Below, piece after piece: positions 48,590-57,148 of a DNA stretch of 64,000 bases; position 1 is the first letter of the stretch, and each line of letters opens with the position of its first letter. The translations under genes and the position numbers were made by a program. Location of the stretch: IMG/VR virus record IMGVR_UViG_3300037493_007233, positions 9,647 through 73,646 of that record; one strand, written 5' to 3'. The stretch comes from a virus. The notes under the pieces are model-generated. The model searched no databases. It worked only from the letters and a program-made list of their open reading frames with translations, and had not been told where the DNA came from.

Positions 48590-50113
48590 TTAAAGCTTGA
48601 CCTTAAAAATTTTGTACTGGAAATGTTCGTTTTTGTAAATCTGAATTCTAGCATCTCCGTGCTTCATTAGGTAGTTAACATACTTGGATGAACTAAAATC
48701 GTCTACAAAGTCAATAATGTTAACTTTCTCTTTTCCCTCCATCTTACGCATTCCTCTACCAAGACTTTGCTTTATCAAAACCTCACTTTTGTATGATTCT
48801 ACCAAAAAGATATTGTGAAGATTGTTAATAGAAATACCAGTCGCAAAAGTACCGAATGTTGCTACCAGGACTTTATTTTCTCCCGTAGCCATTCTAGTTT
48901 TATACTCTTCCCTCAGATTTTCATCTGTATCTCCATCTACATAGAAAGCCTCTTTATTATAAGTAACCTCCCTCAACCTATTCCAAATTTGCTTACCGTA
49001 TTCATCCTTTACGGATTGGAACAAAACAAGAGAATTCTTAGAAGTCTTAGAAATAAAATCTACAACGTAGTTTAATCTCTTCTCGCTTTCTATGACAAGC
49101 TTTCTTTCGATATTGTAAATCTCGTTTCCCTCTAGATTAGCACCGCTGTGCTTGAGATTTGCAAGCTTTTCTTTAATCGATTCGTCCAGCCAGTCCAAAA
49201 TTACGACCTTGATAGAAACCGGGGTTGCGTGTTTATGTCTGAATAAAAAATCTGGTGAGATTTCTACAATAACAGGTCCTAAAAATTGCTGGATAGTCAA
49301 GTGATCTGCAGAACCTCTTTTTGTAAGTGTACCAGTAAGTCCAAATCTCCAGCCAGTGTGCATACACTTAGCCATGATTTTCTTAATGGACATAGAATTG
49401 GTATGGTGTGCTTCATCAACAAAGACTGCATCGATTTCTTCGAAAAAATCTTCTTCCTTTTTAACTAAAGATTGGAAAGTACCGATAATAATATCACATC
49501 CTTCCCTGAGTTTACTACCACCCCCGATTTGCTGGATCTTAATTCCAAGCTCATCTATACCGTAATCAACAAAGTCATCATGGCCTTGAAAAACAAGGTT
49601 TGAGCTAGGAACGATCATGAGAAATTTTCTAATCCACCCTTTATGCTTAAGGAAAGCAAGGATCATAAAAGCAATCAGGGTTTTTCCAGAAGACGTGGCA
49701 ATCTCCGAAACCGAGTATCGGTATTTTACTATCTTCCAGGCAGCTTCTACCTGGTAATCTCTTGGGGTTATGTCTTTGTCCGAAAAGAATTCATCAACCC
49801 ACGATTGAAATTCCTCAAGAGTTAATCCTGCGAGAATAAGTTCGTCGAGTCCTTCTATTTCAATTTCTATATTAAACTCTTTGCCAATTTCAAAGACCTC
49901 TCTCCAGAGACCTATCGGAACCCTCCAAAATGGGCCTTTCTTTTCAATGAAACAAATATTGCCGTCCCATAGCTTCTTCTTTACTAAAGGATGGAAATAA
50001 AAATTGTGAATTTTCTTAGTAAGTGAAATCTCAATTTGCTTCTTCTCAACATCGTTCGGAAATTGGGTTAATACTAGCCACTGCTTGTCATCTGATATAA
50101 TAAACTTCAGCAT
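48590..50113 (-). CDS. uvsW: UvsW-like SF2 helicase
   Basis: PRDYQ, ATSSGKT, VDEAH, GLTGT, TFATGISI, QSLGRGMR. Confidence 0.9.
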   Translation of the reverse strand: MLKFIISDDKQWLVLTQFPNDVEKKQIEISLTKKIHNFYFHPLVKKKLWDGNICFIEKKGPFWRVPIGLWREVFEIGKEFNIEIEIEGLDELILAGLTLEEFQSWVDEFFSDKDITPRDYQVEAAWKIVKYRYSVSEIATSSGKTLIAFMILAFLKHKGWIRKFLMIVPSSNLVFQGHDDFVDYGIDELGIKIQQIGGGSKLREGCDIIIGTFQSLVKKEEDFFEEIDAVFVDEAHHTNSMSIKKIMAKCMHTGWRFGLTGTLTKRGSADHLTIQQFLGPVIVEISPDFLFRHKHATPVSIKVVILDWLDESIKEKLANLKHSGANLEGNEIYNIERKLVIESEKRLNYVVDFISKTSKNSLVLFQSVKDEYGKQIWNRLREVTYNKEAFYVDGDTDENLREEYKTRMATGENKVLVATFGTFATGISINNLHNIFLVESYKSEVLIKQSLGRGMRKMEGKEKVNIIDFVDDFSSSKYVNYLMKHGDARIQIYKNEHFQYKIFKVKL

Positions 50114-50122
50114 TAGATCTTT

Positions 50123-50560
50123 TTATTTTATCGTACTTCCCCTCAAATATTCTTCTAAAGCAATTCTTGATTTGATTCCGTAAAGCATGTGGTCCACAGT
50201 TTGAATCGTCTGGTCTAAAAACTTTCTGTGTCCCTCAACAAGTTCAATTTTCTGGGTTATCTCGGAAAGATCTGCCTCTATCATAGTTTTGGTCTCGTTA
50301 GCACCATATCTAACGTCTTTGCTTTCCTGATACTCTCTTAGCTTTCTAGCTCTTTCCTGTCTTTCTTTAGTTCCAAGCTTAGAAATAATACTAGCTAACT
50401 TGTAGCTATATTCAAGTAGTATTTGTCTTGTTGAAAAAAGCTCAATCTGTGCTTCTGCAACGGTTTTAATGCTTTTAAGGTTTAGTGAAATAACCTGGAT
50501 TTTCTCCCTCCACTCTGCTCTTTCTGCTTCGAATAACTTCGCGTAATCTGTTTCTGCCAT
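50123..50560 (-). CDS. uvsY: UvsY-like recombination mediator
   Basis: Coiled coil next to uvsW; IEAD, YGIKSRI...YLRG ending. Confidence 0.6.
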   Translation of the reverse strand: MAETDYAKLFEAERAEWREKIQVISLNLKSIKTVAEAQIELFSTRQILLEYSYKLASIISKLGTKERQERARKLREYQESKDVRYGANETKTMIEADLSEITQKIELVEGHRKFLDQTIQTVDHMLYGIKSRIALEEYLRGSTIK

Positions 50561-50561
50561 A

Positions 50562-50798
50562 TTAAAATAGTTTTCCCTTGGAGGGTTTATTGTTCTTATT
50601 CTTACTTATATCTACTGTGGTAGTTCTTGTCGGTTTCAATTTTGGTGCGACGTATGTAACAGATTCGCTAATCTCACCCAAATTTTCCAGAACAGAAACC
50701 TCGTGGATAGAAATAGGGAATTTTAGCTTCCCGTCATTCTCCTTCTCAAATGAGTTTTCCCAAGATTCTGTTTCGTCAACGTAGAACATATCAAACAT
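50562..50798 (-). CDS. Hypothetical protein
   Basis: 78 aa ORF. Confidence 0.55.
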   Translation of the reverse strand: MFDMFYVDETESWENSFEKENDGKLKFPISIHEVSVLENLGEISESVTYVAPKLKPTRTTTVDISKNKNNKPSKGKLF

Positions 50799-51855
50799 CC
50801 ATGAAATATGTTAGGTCTAAAACTTCGTGGGTAAAATAGTTTTCAAACCTTTTAACCTTAATTTTCTTTGCTCTCAAATAGTTTACAAGATCGTTTAAAT
50901 CCCACTTTTTATTTATCGGCAAAGCGTGATCATCTAGAAATCTTTTCCAATTAAAGACCATATGTCCTTTTGAAAGTAGTTCTGAAGTCTTTTCTTTACC
51001 TGCTTTATCCCAGTCGTACCAATATTGAACATTATCAAACTCAAAAGGGAATTTGTTTTCTATCGAGCAGAGTCCAACAGAATTACTCCAAAGCCAAGAA
51101 TCCATTGGACCTTCAAAGATTGTTATCTTTTGATCAAAAGAGATAAATCCAATATTGAACACATGAGATACTGGATCTATTTTAGTACACTCGTCTAGAA
51201 ATTCTGGGTCTTTTACACCCAGCAATTTTTCCCATATTCCGCTGAGTTTATAGGTGTAGTATTTTGCGCCATGGAAAGTGGAAGACATGTTTCTTACCTG
51301 CAATCCAAGAATATCATCTTCTCTGGTTAAATTCAGGAGATAAAGCTTTTGACCTTTGTGATCCCAAGCAAATCTTTTATCTGGAAGTTGATTTCTCCTT
51401 AAAACGTAAGTTTCTATGCTAGAACCCTTAACATCCTCCAATCCCATCATTTCCATAAATTTAGATCTGGGGATGACCACTTTTTTGAAATCTGCATCAA
51501 AGAACAAGGAAATATCGACGTCACCGTAAACGGTCCTTCTTTTATCCCTTCCCTCCTTAATTACTTCTAGTATTTCAGTTCTTTCTGATTGATTTAGTTC
51601 GGAATTAACCCCAAAATCACGGAATAAAGTATATCCGTCTTTAAACATACCACAACCACCATTGTAGCATTTAAAACTTAATGTGTTGAGGTAAAAATTT
51701 CCTCTTTTCTTTTTTGAATTATTGCTATCTCCGCAATATGGGCAGGAAAAATTCATTCGATTTCCTGCTAAATAAATCTTCTGCTTCGTAAAGTCAGAAG
51801 GAAAAGCTTTTTTTAAAACTCCACTTAATAAATCCTCAATTCTCTTAATTTCCAT
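50791..51855 (-). CDS. T4 gp61-like DNA primase
   Basis: CPYCGDS..KKRG, KCYNGGC, TOPRIM EGPMDS, DWD, DLND. Confidence 0.88.
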   Translation of the reverse strand: MEIKRIEDLLSGVLKKAFPSDFTKQKIYLAGNRMNFSCPYCGDSNNSKKKRGNFYLNTLSFKCYNGGCGMFKDGYTLFRDFGVNSELNQSERTEILEVIKEGRDKRRTVYGDVDISLFFDADFKKVVIPRSKFMEMMGLEDVKGSSIETYVLRRNQLPDKRFAWDHKGQKLYLLNLTREDDILGLQVRNMSSTFHGAKYYTYKLSGIWEKLLGVKDPEFLDECTKIDPVSHVFNIGFISFDQKITIFEGPMDSWLWSNSVGLCSIENKFPFEFDNVQYWYDWDKAGKEKTSELLSKGHMVFNWKRFLDDHALPINKKWDLNDLVNYLRAKKIKVKRFENYFTHEVLDLTYFMDV

Positions 51856-51872
51856 AATTTCCCTTAGATACT

Positions 51873-51906
51873 AAAAAAAGGAGGGATCCCAAGTAAGGAT
51901 CCCTCC
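51873..51906 (-). terminator. Intrinsic terminator after ssb
   Basis: GGAGGGATCC/GGATCCCTCC stem plus U-tract. Confidence 0.85.
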
Positions 51907-51921
51907 ATAATTTGTTTTTTA

Positions 51922-52905
51922 TTAAAGATCTGCGTAAAGATCGTCTAATGAAGACGCAGTTGTTGGAGCAGCAGGCCTGTTAATACCAGTATTTGCTGCC
52001 GGTGCTGGATCAGATCCTACCTTAGTCGAAGATGCTTCTTCGTACAAACTATTGCTTGATGACTGAGGTGCAGATACTGGTGCAGAATAAGACTGTGCGG
52101 GAGCAGAAGAAGATGTATTGACACCTGCCATGATCTCGTTAACCAATCTTCCGTCAGGAACAGTGTTACGGATAACTCCCATTACCTTTTCGGTTAAAGC
52201 ATCATCCCAATCTTTATATTCGAATGATCCCAAATTCTTAGGTCCAGTCTTTAGATATTCCATAATGGTGCCCATATCAGCCTGGTTCTTTTCCATTCTT
52301 CTTCCTTCGATTTCGATTGAACCTTTTTCTCCAACGAAAGAGCAAAGATCGTAGTTGTTCCACTCACCTACTTTTCTTGAGTGAATAGAAAATAGTTTAC
52401 CTTCGAAAAGATCAAATGGATTGCATGGTGATCCATACTCAGGCTTAAGCTGTGCTTCCAACATATCGTTCAATTTCTTACCGAATTTGAAGATCATGAC
52501 TTTTCCTTCAAGCTCAGGATTATTCTTGTCTTGTACGATTTGTACTAAAGCATAATAATCTTCTTTTCTGCTGAAGCTTTTAGCAAGTTCTTGGTCAGCT
52601 GCAGAGTGTGAATTCTTAAGCTTCCAAAAGATATCCTTAAGTACAGATTTTTTACCTACCGTTGAAGGACAATCTACTGAAAAACTGTCACCGCTTACGG
52701 GATCATTTAGGTAAACGTAATACTTGTGGATTTTTGATTTCGTTGGATCTACGTGATTAGGTACGAATCTAACCAAAGATTTGTAGACGCCATCCTTACC
52801 GCTTTCTGGGTAGGGCTTGTAAAATTCAAGATCGGTTGATCCTTCTTTTTTTGCTTTTGTTACAAAGCTTTCAACGTCTAGATTGAAGATGTCTAAATTA
52901 CTCAT
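51922..52905 (-). CDS. T4 gp32-like single-stranded DNA-binding protein
   Basis: VRFVP, CPSTVG, PELEGKVMIFKFGKK, NPFDLFEG, NYD, acidic tail LDDLYADL. Confidence 0.88.
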   Translation of the reverse strand: MSNLDIFNLDVESFVTKAKKEGSTDLEFYKPYPESGKDGVYKSLVRFVPNHVDPTKSKIHKYYVYLNDPVSGDSFSVDCPSTVGKKSVLKDIFWKLKNSHSAADQELAKSFSRKEDYYALVQIVQDKNNPELEGKVMIFKFGKKLNDMLEAQLKPEYGSPCNPFDLFEGKLFSIHSRKVGEWNNYDLCSFVGEKGSIEIEGRRMEKNQADMGTIMEYLKTGPKNLGSFEYKDWDDALTEKVMGVIRNTVPDGRLVNEIMAGVNTSSSAPAQSYSAPVSAPQSSSNSLYEEASSTKVGSDPAPAANTGINRPAAPTTASSLDDLYADL

Positions 52906-52985
52906 GTTTCCTTTAATTTATTTTTAAAATTCCTTTATTTAATTCCTAAGTTCATCAAAAGTTTCCCCTAGGTTTTATATATCCT

Positions 52986-53729
52986 TCATATTTTTTTGAA
53001 GTTTTCCTGAACTATCTCGTGTTCCCAAACATTATTGGAACGCAACGAAATCCTTATATCTGGTCTTTCCACGCCAAACTCAGAATTAAAGAGGTGGTGT
53101 TTTAGTAAAGTTTCAGCATGGAAAAAAACACTATCATAAATTATATAGGATTCCAAAAAATCGAACATATTGCAATAGTGTACCATAGCATCTCTACCAC
53201 CATAAGCAAAAATATCATTTACTCCTTTTTTCCAATCGTAACCAGGTGGGATAGAAATTACATTCGGATCTTCTTGGATAATTAATGGGTCGTGAATGTT
53301 TATGTCGAATCTTCCCTTAATTACCAGGTCGTATCTTTCTCCAACCAATTCTTCGTAATCCTGCATAAGCTTAGAGGCGGATTGGATTTTATACCACATA
53401 CAAAAAATTGATACTGGATTTGTTTCTCCGGTCATCGGACCATAAACATCCAGATTCCAAGCCCTATTCTTTATACTGTCAGCATAGGGTGAATTAAAAT
53501 CCTCTGATTTAATAAATTTAGGTTTGAGGATTTCTATAATATCATCTATGGTTGCTGTGTCCTTTAATTTTTGAGTGTATGCGTTGATCGAATTAGAAAA
53601 ATCAGCTCCTGGGTTCCAGCAGGATATAAAAATATCCGGATTGTATACATCTATAATTTGTTCCTTCAGTGAGGGATAGCAATAAAGTATTTCTCTAAAA
53701 TGCCCGGATAATAATAAAGCTGTTTTCAT
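52986..53729 (-). CDS. Putative glycosyltransferase-like protein
   Basis: ALLLSGHFR, DIFISCW, MWYKI, YDLVIKGRFD, VNDIFAYG, HAETLL; likely start MKTALL at 53729. Confidence 0.6.
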   Translation of the reverse strand: MKTALLLSGHFREILYCYPSLKEQIIDVYNPDIFISCWNPGADFSNSINAYTQKLKDTATIDDIIEILKPKFIKSEDFNSPYADSIKNRAWNLDVYGPMTGETNPVSIFCMWYKIQSASKLMQDYEELVGERYDLVIKGRFDINIHDPLIIQEDPNVISIPPGYDWKKGVNDIFAYGGRDAMVHYCNMFDFLESYIIYDSVFFHAETLLKHHLFNSEFGVERPDIRISLRSNNVWEHEIVQENFKKI

Positions 53730-54160
53730 TTTACATAGTGTGAAATGTAATCGGAGCAAATTCCTAAACAAGAAGAAACCTCTTCACCATATAACTCAGG
53801 TAGCACAGCAATTGAATTGGCGATAGGCTGGTGACCCGGATAAATCCATAAATACCCATTGCTTGTGATTGTAGCATGATCCTCCTGGTGCCAAAAATAA
53901 TGAAGACCTGTTTCATACAAATTAGAAAGTGCGTCCAAATTCTTTGCGTGAATCCACAAAGAATTTTTTCTTTCCTCTAGCCACTCTAAAGAAATCTCAT
54001 GCTGTCCACCGTCGTGTCCTAAAACCCATTTGTTTTTTATAAACCAAATGTCAATCTCAACATTGAATCCCTCGGATATTGCCTCATTAATATAATCTGG
54101 GTGATTTTCCCTGTAAGGCTGTCTGCCGTTTAAATTTCCTCTATGAGATATTAAAATCAT
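53726..54160 (-). CDS. Short GDPD/PLC-like phosphodiesterase
   Basis: ISHRGN, EN, VEIDIW, LGHD, WIHAKN, GICSD. Confidence 0.75.
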   Translation of the reverse strand: MILISHRGNLNGRQPYRENHPDYINEAISEGFNVEIDIWFIKNKWVLGHDGGQHEISLEWLEERKNSLWIHAKNLDALSNLYETGLHYFWHQEDHATITSNGYLWIYPGHQPIANSIAVLPELYGEEVSSCLGICSDYISHYVK

Positions 54161-54163
54161 GCT

Positions 54164-55399
54164 CTAAAAAATCCTATAAGCTAAATCATCAGGCAAGCTT
54201 TTTCTTCCCCATTTCTCAATCGCAGCCTTGTATTCTGGTTGTTCAAATTCTCTATCGATGGCCTGTCGCATTGCCAACCCACCAGCTCTTGTTCCTTCTG
54301 GATGCCCGTGCAATGCACCTCCAACGTTAGCCATCCAATCAACACTATTTAAATACTGATTGATGAATTCGACCAAACCTGGATGCATTCCACAGCTAAG
54401 TGCTGGGACGATGTTGTAGTTCCAAAGGACCTTTAAGCAATCATTTAATTCATCATCATCTTGATTCATATACCCACCTATCATACCGGCGTGAATGGAA
54501 TCAGAACCAGACCATCCTGCTATTTTACAGATCACAGGCCAATAGATATGGAATGGTGCTCTTTTGTCAGTAAAAAATTTATCTCCGCTCTTTTGGAAAT
54601 GAATCCAAAGATTTGGGTTTTCTTTACGGATTGCTCTATAGACTCCCAATCCACTCCAAACGTTTATATGAATTCCGTTTCCACCGTTTTCTGAAACAAA
54701 CCTAGCTCTTTCTAGAGCATATGGACTGTCCCCGTTGATACAAAAGCAGTAGATAACATCCTGAGCATTTTCCTTCAGCCACTTGGTAATAAGAGGAACT
54801 CTTTCTTCCAGTGGGCAATGATCAGGATTGGCTAAAAGTTCATCCTCCTTGATAAAATTTACTCCTCCGTAAACCATCTCTTTCACAGCTTCAAGAAGTA
54901 CCTCCGGACTCATTCCAACCTTAGGCTTTATAATACCTCCAAGGAATGGCTTGTCGTGAACCCCGTTAAAATCCCTCCAGCCGGTTATTCCATAGGCAGG
55001 ACTAAGAGAAAAACTTTTTTCAACGTCATCTGGTAGCTGGATATCCAGCACATGACATTTTTGGACTTCCAAAATGTCAACTTGACCTCCTGCAACGTGA
55101 CAAAGAATTTGAGAAATTCCATCCTCCTCTAGATTAATATTAGAAAGAGGGAATGCTATTTTTACAATGCCTTCTTTCTTAGTCTTTAATTCTTCCTCAT
55201 CAGCAAGGATAAAGCAACTATGGTTAAGAAACATTTCTTCGGTTTCCCAGACGCTCCTGTTATTAGGATTTCCAATGCTCTGTCCTATTGCTAGATTCCA
55301 TGCTGCTTCACGGAGTGAATTTTTGGACTCTAAAAAGTAAGTTACCAAGAAATATTCTTGGCTATTGAACTCACTTTCTTTTCTAAATATTTTTACCAT
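54164..55399 (-). CDS. RuBisCO-like protein (form IV-like, probably non-carboxylating)
   Basis: GGIIKPKVG, GGVNFIKEDE, DSIHAG, LSCGMHPG, NVGGALHGHPEG, A...WG; loop-6 Lys absent. Confidence 0.92.
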   Translation of the reverse strand: MVKIFRKESEFNSQEYFLVTYFLESKNSLREAAWNLAIGQSIGNPNNRSVWETEEMFLNHSCFILADEEELKTKKEGIVKIAFPLSNINLEEDGISQILCHVAGGQVDILEVQKCHVLDIQLPDDVEKSFSLSPAYGITGWRDFNGVHDKPFLGGIIKPKVGMSPEVLLEAVKEMVYGGVNFIKEDELLANPDHCPLEERVPLITKWLKENAQDVIYCFCINGDSPYALERARFVSENGGNGIHINVWSGLGVYRAIRKENPNLWIHFQKSGDKFFTDKRAPFHIYWPVICKIAGWSGSDSIHAGMIGGYMNQDDDELNDCLKVLWNYNIVPALSCGMHPGLVEFINQYLNSVDWMANVGGALHGHPEGTRAGGLAMRQAIDREFEQPEYKAAIEKWGRKSLPDDLAYRIF

Positions 55400-55722
55400 T
55401 AATCAATAATGAACTTATCCCCTTTAACGCTTGGTGTTTTTACTATGAAAACCTCACAATCTTCTAAAAATACAGGATCTGCAATTTCGTTTCTTCTGAG
55501 AATGAAAATGTCTCCAGCAGCCAATTCCTTTCCTTGTATTATCATTCTACCGGATCTTAAGAAGTTTATTTCGTCAGCCTCTTTGTGGTAATGTTTAGGC
55601 CACTCCTCACCTGCAAAGTGCTTTTTGTAGCAGACCTCAAAATCCTTGGTTGGAAAGCATGATGGGTAGAAGTCTCCGACGTACCAACCCCCTTTATAAT
55701 CTTCAATCTTGTAAATATCCAT
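55399..55722 (-). CDS. Cupin-fold protein
   Basis: GWYVGDF.P, HYHKEADEIN, VKTPS..GDK. Confidence 0.75.
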   Translation of the reverse strand: MDIYKIEDYKGGWYVGDFYPSCFPTKDFEVCYKKHFAGEEWPKHYHKEADEINFLRSGRMIIQGKELAAGDIFILRRNEIADPVFLEDCEVFIVKTPSVKGDKFIID

Positions 55723-56455
55723 TTTTAAAAGTCTCTTGATATTTTAGTAAATCCTCAGGCGTTCCTATTGGATAGTGTAGGTTATAGAAGAAAGGAAGTA
55801 TTTTCTTTCCATTCTTTACAAGATAATTGTAAGAAGGAGCAATGTAAAACTCGTTATTATAGGTTTCGTTAGCTTCTATCATTTTTTCTGCAGATTCTAC
55901 AAAATCTGATCCCTTCATCCAAAAATGAATACCGTTGGTAGCAATGTGGCTTATTACAACCTTTTCTTTTACGTCCAGGATTTTTCCTTCGATGTCCAAT
56001 TTAACATAGCTGTTTTTTGGAGAATTTGAAAGAAAGCATCCAAGCACACCGTCTGCATTATTAGCCAAAGAGAATCCATACAATTTTTGGAAATCGAAAT
56101 CATGTACCATCTGATCGCAATTTGCAATTATAAGTGGGGTGTCATTAAGGATTGAATCGGATGCAAGAAGAGCAGAACAAGCAGGTCCATCAGTAACCTC
56201 TTTTACTGTAATAAGGGTAAACATTTCAAGCAAGGTTCCAATGTGATAGTGAAAATCTATAGCAGAAACCTGTTTCTCGTTAATAATAAAGATAAAATGA
56301 GCACCTTCAAAATTTAGGTTTTTGATGACCGATCTTATCATGGAGTCATCAAAAACTTCAATAAACGGTTTCGGTTTTGTGAAACCTGCCGAAGAAAATC
56401 TGCTTCCTAATCCACTCATAGGGATTAGAATATTGCATTTATTACTTCTTGGCAT
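55703..56455 (-). CDS. Sugar-phosphate nucleotidyltransferase (GT-A fold, RmlA/GlmU-like)
   Basis: IPMSGLGSRF...PKPFI, TDGPA, IANCDQ, KEK, NNEFYIAP, IGTPEDL. Confidence 0.85.
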   Translation of the reverse strand: MPRSNKCNILIPMSGLGSRFSSAGFTKPKPFIEVFDDSMIRSVIKNLNFEGAHFIFIINEKQVSAIDFHYHIGTLLEMFTLITVKEVTDGPACSALLASDSILNDTPLIIANCDQMVHDFDFQKLYGFSLANNADGVLGCFLSNSPKNSYVKLDIEGKILDVKEKVVISHIATNGIHFWMKGSDFVESAEKMIEANETYNNEFYIAPSYNYLVKNGKKILPFFYNLHYPIGTPEDLLKYQETFKNGYLQD

Positions 56456-57110
56456 CTTTTAAATTCTCAATCAAGTAAAGACAGATCCAAGAAGCATCAA
56501 TGATATCATCCATTGGTTTGTTTACAGATCCTGAACCAGTAATCCAATTCCCTTTGTGTGTATCCAATATTTTTGTTAGGTGCGAAAAATTTGTTTCTGG
56601 TACCTGTTTATCAATGATAGCGTGATAAAGTTCATCTTTCTTGGCATTTCCCTTCTTGGCAAATTTCTTAATTGATGTTGGTGAATACACAAAGAAATTC
56701 TCGGAGCCAATGGTATCTACTATTTTCTTTCTAATAAGAGCAGTTGCCATAGAAATGTCAATCAAAGCGTTACCATTAGAGGAAAAACTTAATCCTTCCA
56801 TAGCGATACTGATACTTTGTCCATCGATAAGAGGTTCAACATGTGTCCAGAAAACGTCCACAAGATCTTGAAAATAATCAATCTTTACCCGTTCTCTTGC
56901 TGAATATTCCTCCGGCATTTCTTTTTTGGTTAAGAAGAAAAGGTCTATATTCTGATCTTTTTCCAAAATAGAATATGGCTTATCCTTACTTTTTCTAAGA
57001 GATTCGGGTGTTCTATCAGACCTCGTCAAACTGCCCCATTTAAAATTTTCGCCATTAAAAACACAAAAAGCAGGAGAATTCAGGGAGAAATCTATACCAA
57101 CATAAATCAT
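56442..57110 (-). CDS. RuvC-like Holliday junction resolvase
   Basis: GIDFSLNSPA, MEGLSF, PTSIKKFA..GNAKKDE, DDIIDA. Confidence 0.75.
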   Translation of the reverse strand: MIYVGIDFSLNSPAFCVFNGENFKWGSLTRSDRTPESLRKSKDKPYSILEKDQNIDLFFLTKKEMPEEYSARERVKIDYFQDLVDVFWTHVEPLIDGQSISIAMEGLSFSSNGNALIDISMATALIRKKIVDTIGSENFFVYSPTSIKKFAKKGNAKKDELYHAIIDKQVPETNFSHLTKILDTHKGNWITGSGSVNKPMDDIIDASWICLYLIENLKDAKK

Positions 57111-57148
57111 AAATAATTATACTAAGTTTTTTAAATAAGTTCTATAAC

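Noticed and set aside
54164-55399. True CO2-fixing RuBisCO
   Set aside because: K334, H294 and E60 equivalents are missing; no phosphoribulokinase or small subunit nearby
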